Positions 45,800 through 56,599 of a stretch of 64,000 bases of DNA are shown piece by piece (position 1 is the first letter of the stretch; every line of letters begins with the position of its first letter). The position numbers and the translations under genes are program-made. Location: positions 64,001 to 128,000 of the forward strand of contig CAXXFF010000001.1 of NCBI GenBank assembly GCA_963676835.2. The letters are read 5' to 3'. The DNA is from Marispirochaeta sp. GTDB taxonomy: Bacteria > Spirochaetota > Spirochaetia > JC444 > Marispirochaetaceae. The notes beneath the pieces were generated by a model. It was not told where the DNA came from, made no database searches, and saw only the letters and a list, made by a program, of their open reading frames with translations.

Positions 45800-46672
45800 A
45801 TGATCATCAACCACAATTTGAGCGCTATGTTCGCTCAGCGTACCCTCAAGTTCTCGAACCGTCGCGTAGACAGCAACATGGAATCTCTCAGCTCCGGTAT
45901 GCGGATCAACCGCGCCGGCGATGACGCTTCCGGTCTGGCAGTAAGTGAAAAAATGCGCTCCCAGATTCGCGGTCTCCAGCGGGCGGAACAGAATGCTCAG
46001 GACGGAATCTCCTTTATCCAGACTACCGAAGGTTATCTTCAGGAGACTCAGGACATTCTGCAGAGGATGCGTGAACTGGCAGTACAGTCTTCAAACGGTA
46101 TCTACTCGACAGAAGACCGGATGCAGATCCAGGTTGAAATCTCCCAGCTTGTGGACGAAATCAACCGTATCTCCAGCCATGCACAGTTCAACGGAATGAA
46201 CATGCTCACCGGACGTTTTGCCTCTGAAATGGGCGAAAACGCTGTAACTGCTTCCATGTGGTTTCACATCGGTGCAAACATGGACCAGCGCGAGCGGGTT
46301 TACATTGGTACCATGACTGCCCAGGGACTTGGAATTCAGGGTGCGAGCGGGGTTCCCGAGACTGCGACTTTTATCTCTATGGAGAGTCCCGACAAAGCCA
46401 ACATCGCAATCGGTGTTATCGACGAGGCCCTGAAAAAGGTTTCCAAACAGCGTGCTGACCTTGGCGCATACCAGAACCGTCTGGAATATGCAACTCAGGG
46501 CCTTTCTGTTGGAGCCGAAAACCTCCAGGCCTCTGAATCCCGCATCAGGGATGCCGACATGGCAGCTGAAATGGTGGACTTTACCAGAAACCAGATTCTG
46601 GTACAGAGTGGAACAGCCATGCTGGCCCAGGCCAACCAGAAGACACAGAGCGTTCTTCAGCTTTTCCAGTAA
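45800..46672 (+). CDS. flaB: Flagellar filament core protein FlaB
   Basis: [56 protein letters not shown]. Confidence 0.97.
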   Translation: MIINHNLSAMFAQRTLKFSNRRVDSNMESLSSGMRINRAGDDASGLAVSEKMRSQIRGLQRAEQNAQDGISFIQTTEGYLQETQDILQRMRELAVQSSNGIYSTEDRMQIQVEISQLVDEINRISSHAQFNGMNMLTGRFASEMGENAVTASMWFHIGANMDQRERVYIGTMTAQGLGIQGASGVPETATFISMESPDKANIAIGVIDEALKKVSKQRADLGAYQNRLEYATQGLSVGAENLQASESRIRDADMAAEMVDFTRNQILVQSGTAMLAQANQKTQSVLQLFQ

Positions 46673-46691
46673 ACCATTTTCCAACTGCAGT

Positions 46692-46723
46692 AAGCCGCTT
46701 CCTCAGGGGAGCGGCTTTTTTTT
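46692..46723 (+). terminator. flaB intrinsic terminator
   Basis: AAGCCGCTTCC-TCAG-GGGAGCGGC-T8. Confidence 0.9.
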
Positions 46724-46768
46724 ATATTGACACTGCAGGTCTCTCCTGATGTAATCGGAACGAAGATT

Positions 46769-48121
46769 ATGCAGATCCCTGAAAATATAAAAACCATAAA
46801 CAGAGTTCTCACACAGGCTGGTTTTCAATGCTATGTAGTGGGCGGTGCTGTCCGCAACTATGTTGCCGGCTTGAAACCGAAAGATTATGACCTCACCACC
46901 AATGCCCATCCCGACGATGTCATATCTCTTTTTCGCCGCACCGTGCCGACCGGCCTGGAACATGGTACGGTAACCATCCTCATGGGTAAGGAACAGTACG
47001 AAATCACCACTTTTCGTACCGAATCAACCTACTCCGACAGCCGACACCCCGACAAGATCGAATTTGCAGAATCAATCGAAGAGGATCTTTCCCGCAGAGA
47101 TTTCACCATGAATGCCCTGGCCTGGGATGTCAGCCATAAAAAAATTATCGATCTCCATGGAGGAACCGAGGCCATAAAGAAAAAGATCATTAAAGCCATC
47201 GGTTCCGCAGATGAGCGGTTCAAAGAAGATGCTCTGCGTATACTAAGGGCTGTCCGCTTTGTGTCCCAGTTGGGTTTCAGCGTCGAACAGGAAACACTGA
47301 AAGCTGCAGTACAGGCTTCAGAGGGCATACAAAACGTCTCCATGGAGCGAATCAGAGACGAGCTGATAAAAACCATACAGGGAGCCTACTGCTCGGATGC
47401 TTTTTTGCTACTCCATAAAGCTGGAATCCTTGGCCTGATACTTCCCGAACTGGAGGAGTGCAGCAATATTGATCAGAAGGGTATGCACTCTTTTGACGTA
47501 CTTACTCACAGCATATATTCCTGCGAAGGTGCCCCTGGAGAGAATCTGATAGTGAGAACAGCCGCCCTCCTTCATGACATCGGGAAAAATCCGTGCAGAA
47601 AAATAGACGATGAAGGTAATATCAGCTTTCATCACCATGAAAATATCGGCGCTGATATGGCAGAAAAGATTCTCAAACGCATGAAATTCCCCGGAGCAGC
47701 AGTCAAAGAAATCCGCCATCTTATACGGCAGCACATGTTTCATTATACCGATGAATGGTCCGATGCGGCGGTACGCAGGTTTATAGCCAGGGTGGGAGTC
47801 GAAAATATTAACAATCTGTTCCTTCTTCGCGGTGCAGACAGTTACGGGATGCAGCGGACCAGGACTGCACCGGATACTTACAACAGATTCAAACGCCGCA
47901 TACATGAGCAGATTGAGCAGAACCATGCGATTTCGTTAAAAGATTTATCAGTCAACGGTAATGAGCTTGCAGAGGCGGGTATTCCTAAAAGTCCGGTAAT
48001 GGGTGTTATTTTATCTGAACTGCTCGATACAGTTCTTGATGATCCATCTTTAAACAGGCGCGAAAACCTGATTGAAATAGCCTTAAATCTCTATAAGGAA
48101 ATCAGGAGCAGTAAGAGCTGA
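46769..48121 (+). CDS. cca: CCA tRNA nucleotidyltransferase with HD domain
   Basis: VGGAVR..DYDLTT, RRDFTMNA, EDALRILR, LLHDIGK. Confidence 0.9.
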   Translation: MQIPENIKTINRVLTQAGFQCYVVGGAVRNYVAGLKPKDYDLTTNAHPDDVISLFRRTVPTGLEHGTVTILMGKEQYEITTFRTESTYSDSRHPDKIEFAESIEEDLSRRDFTMNALAWDVSHKKIIDLHGGTEAIKKKIIKAIGSADERFKEDALRILRAVRFVSQLGFSVEQETLKAAVQASEGIQNVSMERIRDELIKTIQGAYCSDAFLLLHKAGILGLILPELEECSNIDQKGMHSFDVLTHSIYSCEGAPGENLIVRTAALLHDIGKNPCRKIDDEGNISFHHHENIGADMAEKILKRMKFPGAAVKEIRHLIRQHMFHYTDEWSDAAVRRFIARVGVENINNLFLLRGADSYGMQRTRTAPDTYNRFKRRIHEQIEQNHAISLKDLSVNGNELAEAGIPKSPVMGVILSELLDTVLDDPSLNRRENLIEIALNLYKEIRSSKS

Positions 48122-48128
48122 CTTAGGG

Positions 48129-48911
48129 CTACTCTTTTCGATTATAGTCTTTTTTGTCGTCAGCATCCTGACTATTCAGGCTGGTATAGGCCATTGCAGC
48201 CGCCGCCTGCTCTGCTTCTTTCTTGTTTTTGCCTTTCCCCGGACCAAAACTCTTATTGTTAAGGTCAACCTCAATCCAGAATGTCCGGTCATGATCCGGT
48301 CCAGATTTCTTTACCAGGCGGTAACGGGGATAATTATGATACTTTTTCTGGGCAAATTCCTGCAGAAGAGTTTTGTAGTCTTTTTTATGCCGGTTTTCCA
48401 GAACCTTATTAACCTCGTCTGCAAAAAAGCAGAGAATGAAGTTTCTAACACTTTTTATCCCGGAATCCAGATAGTATGCCCCGATAATTGCTTCCATGCA
48501 GTCCGCAAGAATGGCCTTCTTCGTTCTGCCCCCGGAATACTCTTCGCCCTTACCTATGAGTATGTAATTGTCTACCCTTAGTTTTCTGGCAATCTGGGCG
48601 AGGCTGTTTTCGCTTACAACAAAGGATTTGATTCGTGCAAGGTCGCCTTCTGCTTTATCCGGAAGAGTTTTAAACAGATATTCACTTATTACAATGCCGA
48701 GTACGCTGTCCCCGAGAAACTCCAGTTTTTCGTTGTTATCAACATCTTCATGAGTTTCATTCGCATATGAGCGGTGGGTAAAAGCAAGGTTCAAGAGATC
48801 TGATCTCTTGAACCTTATTTGTGCGTGTTTTTCAAAGAGCGAAAGCTCTTTTTTTCTTTCCGCAACAACCTTGGGGGATTTTAATGCCTGAAGCTTAGGT
48901 AGAGACCCCAC
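48129..48911 (-). CDS. rnc: Ribonuclease III
   Basis: NEKLEFLGDSVL, ADCMEA, dsRBD. Confidence 0.96.
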   Translation of the reverse strand: MGSLPKLQALKSPKVVAERKKELSLFEKHAQIRFKRSDLLNLAFTHRSYANETHEDVDNNEKLEFLGDSVLGIVISEYLFKTLPDKAEGDLARIKSFVVSENSLAQIARKLRVDNYILIGKGEEYSGGRTKKAILADCMEAIIGAYYLDSGIKSVRNFILCFFADEVNKVLENRHKKDYKTLLQEFAQKKYHNYPRYRLVKKSGPDHDRTFWIEVDLNNKSFGPGKGKNKKEAEQAAAAMAYTSLNSQDADDKKDYNRKE

Positions 48912-48925
48912 AGTTTAACGCTGCG

Positions 48926-49162
48926 TTATTTTACCTGAGATTTAATGTAATCGAGAGCATCTGAGACGGTTTCGAACTCATTTGCTTTCTCGTCGGGAAT
49001 GCTGATTCCCAGTTCTTCTTCAATAGCGTAAACAAGCTCGTATGTATCGAGACTGTCTGCGCCCAGATCCTGACGAAAAGAAGATTCCAGTTTGATCTGT
49101 CCTTCTTCAATTTCCAGTTTCTCTGCGATCAACTTTTTCAGTTTCTCAAAAAGATCTTCCAT
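48926..49162 (-). CDS. acpP: Acyl carrier protein
   Basis: DLGADSLD. Confidence 0.96.
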   Translation of the reverse strand: MEDLFEKLKKLIAEKLEIEEGQIKLESSFRQDLGADSLDTYELVYAIEEELGISIPDEKANEFETVSDALDYIKSQVK

Positions 49163-49178
49163 TTCCTACTCCTTCAAC

Positions 49179-49367
49179 TTAAGCCATTTCTTCTAAATCC
49201 AGGACCTGTTTGCCCCGGTAGAAACCGCATTTGGGACAAACGCGGTGAGGAAGTACTTTGTTTCCGCAAGTTCCGCATTCCACGAGCTGCGGTGCAACCA
49301 AACGGTTGTTGATAGAACGACGGCGTCTGCTCCGCGCTTTGGAAGTCTTATATTTAGGTACTGCCAT
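49179..49367 (-). CDS. rpmF: 50S ribosomal protein L32
   Basis: MAVPKYKTSK..CGTC..PHRVCPKCG. Confidence 0.97.
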   Translation of the reverse strand: MAVPKYKTSKARSRRRRSINNRLVAPQLVECGTCGNKVLPHRVCPKCGFYRGKQVLDLEEMA

Positions 49368-49425
49368 GCTTTACAACCTCGCAATCTCTTTAGTGCAACG
49401 AACGTAACCCATATATATAGCAATG

Positions 49426-49908
49426 TCAAGCACCTGTAAGGCGCTCCTTTAAAGCTTCTGCCACAACCGGTGGAACCATGGTATCTATATTACCGCCGAA
49501 CATTGCGATCTCTTTAATTGCACTGGACCTCAGTACAAAATATTTAGGATCTGTGGGCATAAAAATTATTTCAAGTTCAGGATTCAACTCTTTATTGGTC
49601 ATGGCAAGCTCAAACTCATAGCTGAAGTCAGCAAGAGCCCTAACCCCCCTGATCATTACAGAAATATCTTCCTGACGGGCATAATCCACAATCAGCTTAT
49701 CCCATAGGCTTACTTTAACGTTTGGAAGGTCCTTCATAAGCCCCTCCATAAGATCAAGCCTTTCTTCTTCGTCAAAGAGATACTTCTTTCCCCTGTTAAA
49801 TGCTATAACTATGTGAAGTTCATCAAATATCTTTGCAGCCCGGCTAATAAGATTAAGATGACCATGGGTGGGAGGATCAAATGATCCGGGTAAAACGGCT
49901 CTTCGCAT
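49426..49908 (-). CDS. coaD: Pantetheine-phosphate adenylyltransferase
   Basis: PGSFDPPTHGH, IRGVR..DFSYE, SSAIKE. Confidence 0.96.
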   Translation of the reverse strand: MRRAVLPGSFDPPTHGHLNLISRAAKIFDELHIVIAFNRGKKYLFDEEERLDLMEGLMKDLPNVKVSLWDKLIVDYARQEDISVMIRGVRALADFSYEFELAMTNKELNPELEIIFMPTDPKYFVLRSSAIKEIAMFGGNIDTMVPPVVAEALKERLTGA

Positions 49909-50010
49909 ACAGAATAGTACGGGGTGCCCGCATACAATGTCAATGATTGTTTTGGTCAGACATCTTTTTTCGTTTTGACAAACAGTGCGCAAACAGGTAC
50001 ACTTAAATCG

Positions 50011-50565
50011 ATGAAATATAGTACTATATGGCAATTGTCAATGATTGCTCTTCTGGCTGTTATCATTGCGTCCGGATGTGCCGGAGCGCCTGATCCGGCC
50101 CCTGAACCTCAGGTGGAAGAGCCGGAACCTGTTCCCGAGGCGGTAGCGCCTGTACCGGAGGAGCCGGAAGAGTTTGTTGTTACCGAAGAGATTTACAAAC
50201 AGACATTTGAGGATATTGAGGCATTTATACTCAACCTCAATAGTATAATAAAAGCGGAAGATTTTGATACCTGGGATTCCTTTCTCACCGATGAGTACAG
50301 GGCGTATTACAGTGATCCTGCGGTGTTGAAAGGTATTTCAGATGAGCTGAAGAAAAAGTTCCGCTATGAACTGCGGATGCGAACTCTTAAAGATTATTTC
50401 ATCTACATCGTAGTCGGCAGCCGCCAGGAGGCAGCCCTCGATGAGATTGAATTTATCGACGAAACGCATATTTTAGCCTATAGTATAGTGAATGATACAC
50501 CAGCCATACTTTACTATCTGGCATATGAAGAAGATGGCTGGAAAATTGCCAAATGGCAAGGATAG
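50011..50565 (+). CDS. Putative lipoprotein
   Basis: Signal peptide with IASGC lipobox, Pro/Glu linker. Confidence 0.75.
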   Translation: MKYSTIWQLSMIALLAVIIASGCAGAPDPAPEPQVEEPEPVPEAVAPVPEEPEEFVVTEEIYKQTFEDIEAFILNLNSIIKAEDFDTWDSFLTDEYRAYYSDPAVLKGISDELKKKFRYELRMRTLKDYFIYIVVGSRQEAALDEIEFIDETHILAYSIVNDTPAILYYLAYEEDGWKIAKWQG

Positions 50566-50599
50566 GTTTAAATATATAAGTGAGCCCAAGGGAGATACC

Positions 50600-51319
50600 A
50601 TGAAGAAGAAAATTACAGTTACACTGCTTTTAATACTGCTTGTCAGTATCTCTGCTGCTTTTGCACAGAATACCACCGAAGAGAGAAACAAACCTGCAAC
50701 AATCGAAGAGCTGTATCTTCAGAGCGGCGATATAATGATTATGCGGGAAATGGCCTTTATCGATGACAGGGACATGAAAATACAGTCCTTGAACATGATT
50801 GAAGAATCTATCAAGGACGGCACCTTCAGCACCGGCGATCCCGGGGCACACTTCGTTCTTGATTATCTTTCCGAGGAAGGTATCAGCAGAGTAATCAAGG
50901 AAAACAACCGTCTTGTAAACTACTACCCCACAGTTCGCAGACAAGCTTGCAAACTCCTTGGTGAACTCGGCGGAGAAAACTCAAAAGCAACCCTTATCAA
51001 TGTTTTAAAGGTCGATGACGACCCTGTTGTACTTGCGGAAGCAGCCTACGCTCTTGGTGTTATAGGCATTGATGAAGAAGGAGAAGTCAGCAAGGCAATT
51101 GCCTTTGCCCTTCAGAATCAGGATCAGCTCGTTCCCAACGACAACTTCGCCCATGCCTCTCTCCTGGCTATTGAGAAGCTCATAGAGAAAAACGGCGCGG
51201 TAAATAACAGAGAAGTCTACTCAGCGGTTGTACAGATCGCCCAGAACAGCAACTATATCCGTCCGGTAAAGGAAAAGGCCTATCAGGTAATCTCTCTTCT
51301 GAGGACAACTACCAACTAA
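50600..51319 (+). CDS. Secreted HEAT-repeat protein
   Basis: Signal peptide; VRRQACKLLGELG, VLAEAAYALG. Confidence 0.8.
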   Translation: MKKKITVTLLLILLVSISAAFAQNTTEERNKPATIEELYLQSGDIMIMREMAFIDDRDMKIQSLNMIEESIKDGTFSTGDPGAHFVLDYLSEEGISRVIKENNRLVNYYPTVRRQACKLLGELGGENSKATLINVLKVDDDPVVLAEAAYALGVIGIDEEGEVSKAIAFALQNQDQLVPNDNFAHASLLAIEKLIEKNGAVNNREVYSAVVQIAQNSNYIRPVKEKAYQVISLLRTTTN

Positions 51320-51338
51320 ACGTTCCTGGAGTTTGAAT

Positions 51339-51383
51339 AAAAAAGCTGTCATGCACTACTTAACAGTGCAGACAGCTTTTTTT
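51339..51383. terminator. Bidirectional terminator
   Basis: AAAAAAGCTGTC.TGCAC...GTGCA GACAGCTTTTTTT between convergent genes. Confidence 0.75.
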
Positions 51384-51423
51384 ATGTCCATTCTATTTGC
51401 CGATAAATGTTTAAGATATTTTT

Positions 51424-51810
51424 CTATCTTTTCAGTTTTTTACTGACTTTCTTTCGCCAGTCGAGAGCTTCTTCTTTTTCTTCAAGCTGTATCCGCTTGC
51501 GTACAATAAACCGGGATGTACCGCTGCCGGAACGAAACTTAACAACGCCGAAACTGCCTGCACCAAGATAAACAATCTTCTCTCTAGCCTGCATGTCTTC
51601 CTGTACGGCCAGTTCCTTCAATATGCAGTCGAAATGAGCAGGAGTGCGGCCTTCACCCCAGGCTATAGCAGTCAGCAGATCCCGAATACCTTTACCGCAA
51701 ATAGGACATTCCGCATGGAAGCGTTTTCCGCCGTTTCCCTTGCTTCTTCTACGGCCTCTTCCTTTTGGCCGTTTCTTACTGTTCTCGTTACCAGCCGGAC
51801 TATCACTCAT
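51424..51810 (-). CDS. Conserved hypothetical protein with zinc-finger-like motif
   Basis: CPICG...HFDC, YLGAG.FG. Confidence 0.75.
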   Translation of the reverse strand: MSDSPAGNENSKKRPKGRGRRRSKGNGGKRFHAECPICGKGIRDLLTAIAWGEGRTPAHFDCILKELAVQEDMQAREKIVYLGAGSFGVVKFRSGSGTSRFIVRKRIQLEEKEEALDWRKKVSKKLKR

Positions 51811-51813
51811 TTA

Positions 51814-51957
51814 TCAAACCTCATCCACATGCAGCATTTCTTTGGTAATGGTATGGGCGAGACTCTGAATTGCAGTATCAAGATATTTTTTATCGTTGAT
51901 TTTCTTCTTCAATTCCGCAATTTTTTTGGGATCTGAGGGCTTAGCAATTCTTATCAT
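51814..51957 (-). CDS. 47-aa small protein (not in ORF track)
   Basis: MIRIAKPSDPKKIAELKKKINDKKYLDTAIQSLAHTITKEMLHVDEV*; AAGGTGG RBS; ends 3 nt before next start. Confidence 0.7.
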   Translation of the reverse strand: MIRIAKPSDPKKIAELKKKINDKKYLDTAIQSLAHTITKEMLHVDEV

Positions 51958-52048
51958 CTTTCGCCACCTTCAAATGCATGAGGTCTGTATTCTAAACTTT
52001 TGTCGGCCCCGTATACAAGGACAAGATCGATCAGTTTTACAAAACAAT

Positions 52049-53197
52049 TCATAAGTCGGCCTTTTTCCTGTTCAATTCCTGAGGGTTTATCGCCCTGACA
52101 ATAAACAGGGTTTTATTATTAAGCAGATCTATAACTTCTCCACTGTTATCATCAAAACGGGTGCCTTTTTTATCTACCAGTATGCGAATAACAGGCCTCA
52201 GAGGAACCGAAGCATGGCTCTTGATAACAATACCGATAGAACCATCATTCAGGATCACCACGCTGCCCAATGGATAAATACCCATGCTTTTAAGAAAAAC
52301 CTTAACGATATTACTGTCAAAACGTCTGGAATTATCATTGAGAATCTGCCTCATGGCGGTATAGCCGATCAGGGAGTCCCTGTAGGGTTTATCCCGAACC
52401 ATCGCTCCAAAAGCATCTACAAGGGAGACAATTCGCGCCAGAATATATATCTGATCCCCTGCTATCTGATGGGGATATCCTTTTCCATCCCATCGTTCAT
52501 GATGCTGAAGTGCAATAAGACCAATCTCTTCCGGGTAGCCTATTTCCATGGTGATGGTGTTATAGGAGTGAATAGTATGACCATATATAGTTTTACGCTC
52601 ATTTTCCTGAAGATCACCGCTTTTGTTTATAATTGAGTCCGGAACCTTCAGCATGCCGACATCATGAAGAAGCGCTCCCTGTACCAGGCTGTGCAGTTTA
52701 TGATCATCGAGATTAAGATTGATACCGGTCACAAGGCTGAGAATAGCGCAGTTTACAGCATCCGTGGCAGGCCCCTGAGGAACCTTCACTGCCTGAATGG
52801 TTAATGATGTCATTTCTGCCGGTGCTTTTTTAACTGCCTGGAACAGAAGCTCCGCAATTTTGTTAATATCCTTTGCGGAGACCCGTCTACCCTGTTTAAT
52901 AGTAGCGAAGATTATATTTACCTGTTTCACAAGGGTAAGATAAATCTGATACAGCTCTTTATGGGTACGGGAATCCTTCAACTCGTTTATCGACTCATCT
53001 TCAGCGTTACGGGTATACTGTTCGCTGATAATCTCCCCTGAGGTCTGGACTGTTTCTATACCCCATTTTCGAAGGCGATCTATATCTTTATCCTTAAGCG
53101 GTATCTCTGCGGGCACAAGAATACTTTCATCGTCGACATAAACAGGTTGATCAAATTTAATCCCGGGCTTAAGGTCACTTACTCTGATTTTTTTCAT
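52049..53197 (-). CDS. HD-GYP domain protein
   Basis: LLHDVGM, QHHERWDGKGYP, RDKPYR, GIYPLGS. Confidence 0.92.
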   Translation of the reverse strand: MKKIRVSDLKPGIKFDQPVYVDDESILVPAEIPLKDKDIDRLRKWGIETVQTSGEIISEQYTRNAEDESINELKDSRTHKELYQIYLTLVKQVNIIFATIKQGRRVSAKDINKIAELLFQAVKKAPAEMTSLTIQAVKVPQGPATDAVNCAILSLVTGINLNLDDHKLHSLVQGALLHDVGMLKVPDSIINKSGDLQENERKTIYGHTIHSYNTITMEIGYPEEIGLIALQHHERWDGKGYPHQIAGDQIYILARIVSLVDAFGAMVRDKPYRDSLIGYTAMRQILNDNSRRFDSNIVKVFLKSMGIYPLGSVVILNDGSIGIVIKSHASVPLRPVIRILVDKKGTRFDDNSGEVIDLLNNKTLFIVRAINPQELNRKKADL

Positions 53198-53451
53198 TCC
53201 GAATCCTGTAATGAATATAAAAAACTGAAAATTTCAGCGACTACAGTAAAGAGATATTCTGGAATATATTCGCCGGGCTGTCTCAAAAAAAGATCCTCCG
53301 TCAGAGCACTCATCTCCAGTACAGGTATATTATGCTCCTCGGCAATACTCCTGATTCTGGAAGCTGCTGCCCCTTCCCCTTTTGCACTGATAAAAGGTGC
53401 AGGCAGTGCAGTATCATATCTAAGCGCTACTGCTTTTTTACGTCCCTTCAC
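53194..53451 (-). CDS. FlhB C-terminal-like (EscU/YscU/HrcU family) protein
   Basis: KKAVALRYD...AP...AKG.G..A..I...A.E..IP. Confidence 0.88.
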   Translation of the reverse strand: MKGRKKAVALRYDTALPAPFISAKGEGAAASRIRSIAEEHNIPVLEMSALTEDLFLRQPGEYIPEYLFTVVAEIFSFLYSLQDSE

Positions 53452-53453
53452 GG

Positions 53454-54431
53454 CTATACCTCTGTATCTATGCCGGTATGGACATCGCTATATTCAGGGG
53501 TAAATCCGTCACCGGCTCCCCTGTTATTAGTATCGACAAAAACGAAGCCCTCTTTTCGCACTTTTTCGCGGAATTTACCGAGTTTTTCAGCATCAACTGC
53601 AGGCCCTTTAAGAAGATACATTTTTTTCTCTTTTACATCAGAAATACCAAAACACCATTCCTCAGGATTTTCGGGATTCTCACTGCAAAGGGTTAAAACC
53701 CCCTGGGAAACTTTTTTCGCGGAAAGTTCAACACACAACCTTATATCACCCTTATAAGCAGTTTCTTCAAACTTAATTCTTACAGGAAGAACAAGCCAGT
53801 TATATTTTTGCGAGGATCGGGTATGGTTGAATATAGATAAGTCTGTGGGAAAATCAGAACGACGAAGAAGCAGCTGCCTTACCGCGGCGGTATCAATATT
53901 CAGCTGCTTCCATTCTTCCCTGTAATCAGAACCGGATTTTTCATCCGAATCACCGTTAAAAAGCAGAAAATCCGGGTCCACCAGCCCGGTAAGACCTTTT
54001 TCTTCCATAAGAGATGCCAGCCTGGCATATTCCGGATCATCTTTGCGGCCTTTTTCTTCCAGAATCCTCTTCAGACGGTTTAATCTGAACTCTTTCAGAG
54101 GCACACCGGAACGAACAAGTGCTTTTGTAAGCACCGGGTCGGAGCTGAGGAATTCCTGCAAACTATTAAAAGAATAGGCGGCTCTGGATACCGGTTTCTG
54201 AAGAATTTTCAACTCTATAACATTTTTATCTCTGAATACCCGTACAAACAATTCGGCCCCTTTTTCAAGGGGCGTTTTAGTGAGTACAGTAAATGTTTTT
54301 CCAAGGACACTTATTTCTGCCCTGGAGCCCTTACTGCCGATAACTCGCACAGCAAGTACTTTACCATTATGAAAAACCGTATCCGGCTCACTTCCTGCAG
54401 GAACTGTGGCACCGGTTACGATTTGTATCAT
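53454..54431 (-). CDS. Hypothetical protein (FliK-like position)
   Basis: 325-aa ORF between rplS and the FlhB-like gene. Confidence 0.65.
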   Translation of the reverse strand: MIQIVTGATVPAGSEPDTVFHNGKVLAVRVIGSKGSRAEISVLGKTFTVLTKTPLEKGAELFVRVFRDKNVIELKILQKPVSRAAYSFNSLQEFLSSDPVLTKALVRSGVPLKEFRLNRLKRILEEKGRKDDPEYARLASLMEEKGLTGLVDPDFLLFNGDSDEKSGSDYREEWKQLNIDTAAVRQLLLRRSDFPTDLSIFNHTRSSQKYNWLVLPVRIKFEETAYKGDIRLCVELSAKKVSQGVLTLCSENPENPEEWCFGISDVKEKKMYLLKGPAVDAEKLGKFREKVRKEGFVFVDTNNRGAGDGFTPEYSDVHTGIDTEV

Positions 54432-54443
54432 AATAAAGCCGAA

Positions 54444-54812
54444 CTATTTGCTTGCCTGGGGCTGCTTCCGGCGGATAAGTTCCCGTACCTTGGCTGCCTT
54501 ACCGATCCGGTCACGGAGGTAATAGAGCTTTGCACGACGTACGCGTCCGCGTCTTACAACCTCGACATTCTCTACACGGGGGGAATGGAGGGGAAAGACC
54601 CTTTCAACACCTACACCGTAGGAAATTTTCCGTACAGTAAAAGTTTTCCGAATACCGCTGTTATTCTTTGCAATAACAACACCTTCAAAAATCTGTACAC
54701 GCTCGGTTGCACCTTCTACAATCTTGAAGTGAACCTTTACAGTATCACCAATGCTGAAATTCTCAACATTTTCCTTAATCTGCTCTGCTTCTATCGCATT
54801 AATCGTATTCAT
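54444..54812 (-). CDS. rplS: 50S ribosomal protein L19
   Basis: [31 protein letters not shown]. Confidence 0.98.
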   Translation of the reverse strand: MNTINAIEAEQIKENVENFSIGDTVKVHFKIVEGATERVQIFEGVVIAKNNSGIRKTFTVRKISYGVGVERVFPLHSPRVENVEVVRRGRVRRAKLYYLRDRIGKAAKVRELIRRKQPQASK

Positions 54813-55542
54813 GGGTTTCCTCCCTTGATTTCAATATATTTTCCAGAATCTTCTGCTCTTCATCACTGCTTTCTCTGTGAGCTAAAAGATCAGGCCTGTT
54901 GGATAAGGTTTTTTCAAGCCTTTTCCCCAGCCTCCAGCTGCGTATATTCTCATGATGTCCGGATAAAAGTATATCCGGCACCTTGATGCCTTTAAACACC
55001 TCAGGCCTGGTGTAGTGAGGATATTCCAGAAGACCATCTGAAAAACTCTCCTCTTCAAGGGATTCGGCACTGATAATACCTTCCCTCAGCCTGTAGACTG
55101 CATCAACCACAACCAGAGATGCAACCTCACCGGATGATAATACATAATCACCGATGCACAGTTCATCCGTAACATATGCATCGATTATTCTCTGATCCAG
55201 CCCTTCATACCTGCCGCAAATAAAGACCAGCTCTTCTTCCGAAGCCAGATCTTCTGCCACAGACTGGGTAAAAGGTCTTCCTGACGGTGTGGGAAACACC
55301 ACCCGTTTACCGGAAGCCTCAATTGAATCAAGGGCCTTTGCAAGCGGTTCCGGTTTAAGAACCATCCCTGCTCCGCCGCCATAAGGCGCATCGTCACAGG
55401 TACGATGCCGGTCTTCAGCGAAATCCCGGAAATTGATAAGGTTATATTCAAATAATCCTTTATCAACTGCCTTCGCCATGATGGAAGACCCGAAATATCC
55501 TTCCAGAATCTCGGGAAAAAGTGTCAGGATTGAAACTTTCAT
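54799..55542 (-). CDS. trmD: tRNA (guanine-N1)-methyltransferase
   Basis: [36 protein letters not shown]. Confidence 0.98.
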   Translation of the reverse strand: MKVSILTLFPEILEGYFGSSIMAKAVDKGLFEYNLINFRDFAEDRHRTCDDAPYGGGAGMVLKPEPLAKALDSIEASGKRVVFPTPSGRPFTQSVAEDLASEEELVFICGRYEGLDQRIIDAYVTDELCIGDYVLSSGEVASLVVVDAVYRLREGIISAESLEEESFSDGLLEYPHYTRPEVFKGIKVPDILLSGHHENIRSWRLGKRLEKTLSNRPDLLAHRESSDEEQKILENILKSREETHEYD

Positions 55543-56042
55543 TCCAGAATCCAGTCCACTGCAAGTTCTATAGTCTTATCAACTACAGAAACCCGTCCCA
55601 CATATTCATCCTTTAAAGGAAGGTAACGAAAACCTTTATCCACGGTTTTGACTTCAAGGAGGTCAGCCTGGCCTATTTCAGCCACACCAATCACCGTGCC
55701 GGCGACTATACCGTTGAAAATCACCGAGCAGCCGATAAGGTCGGAGATGTAATACTCTCCATCCTTCAGCGGCGCGGCAAAAGATCTCTCTGCCCAGAGT
55801 TCTCCGCCGGTAAGCTCCCGTGCATCTTCCGGGTTATCGTAACCGGAAAACTTTATCAGGGCCCGGTCGCTGAAAGGAGACAACTCCTCAACCTGAACAA
55901 TCCGGCTTTTACCGGTCTTAAAACGAACTTCACATTCATTAAGACCGGTTAAATGCTCATATTCCCCGGAAAAACTCATGACCTTAAGATAGCCTTTTAC
56001 CCCATGAGTTTTACCGATTCTGGCAACGGCAATCCGTTCCAT
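55539..56042 (-). CDS. rimM: Ribosome maturation factor RimM
   Basis: IGKTHGVKG, EYYISDLIGC; operon position. Confidence 0.95.
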   Translation of the reverse strand: MERIAVARIGKTHGVKGYLKVMSFSGEYEHLTGLNECEVRFKTGKSRIVQVEELSPFSDRALIKFSGYDNPEDARELTGGELWAERSFAAPLKDGEYYISDLIGCSVIFNGIVAGTVIGVAEIGQADLLEVKTVDKGFRYLPLKDEYVGRVSVVDKTIELAVDWILE

Positions 56043-56275
56043 TAATCCAGGATTTCCAGAACAATCCTTTTGCCGGTTTTGGTTGCGGCTGCACTCAGAA
56101 TTGTGCGGACAGCCTTTGCAATTCTGCCATGCTTGCCAATAACCTTACCGATATCGTCAGCAGAGACCCGGAGTTCGAGAATCGTAGACTTTTCGCCTTC
56201 GATTACATTTACCATCACCTGGGACGGATCATCCACCAGGGATTTTGCTATATACTCTACGAGCTCTTTTTCCAC
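56042..56275 (-). CDS. khpA: KH-domain RNA-binding protein
   Basis: [18 protein letters not shown]; between rpsP and rimM. Confidence 0.92.
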   Translation of the reverse strand: MEKELVEYIAKSLVDDPSQVMVNVIEGEKSTILELRVSADDIGKVIGKHGRIAKAVRTILSAAATKTGKRIVLEILD

Positions 56276-56316
56276 AAATTCTTTCCTTGTCTGACTACCT
56301 GATAATCAGGACAGTC

Positions 56317-56568
56317 TTATTTCATGTAAAGATTGAGTTTGTTCAGAAGTCTCTTAACTGTATCGCTGGGTTTTGCACCCTTGGAGATCCAGTCCCGGAT
56401 TCTTTCTTCCTTTACCTGAAGCTGCTTGTCTTCAACCTCGATGGGATGGTAAAAACCAACCTCTTCGATTGCACGTCCGTCTCTTGCTGTTCTGGAATCC
56501 ATAACAACGATTCTGTAGTAAGGCCGCTTCTTTGAGCCGAACCTCTTAAGTCTGATCTTAACGCTCAC
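56317..56568 (-). CDS. rpsP: 30S ribosomal protein S16
   Basis: VKIRLKRFG..KRPYYRIVV.DSR..RDG; GTG start after GGAGG. Confidence 0.97.
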   Translation of the reverse strand: MSVKIRLKRFGSKKRPYYRIVVMDSRTARDGRAIEEVGFYHPIEVEDKQLQVKEERIRDWISKGAKPSDTVKRLLNKLNLYMK

Positions 56569-56599
56569 TCGTTCCTCCTGTGTATATTCGAACCAGTTT

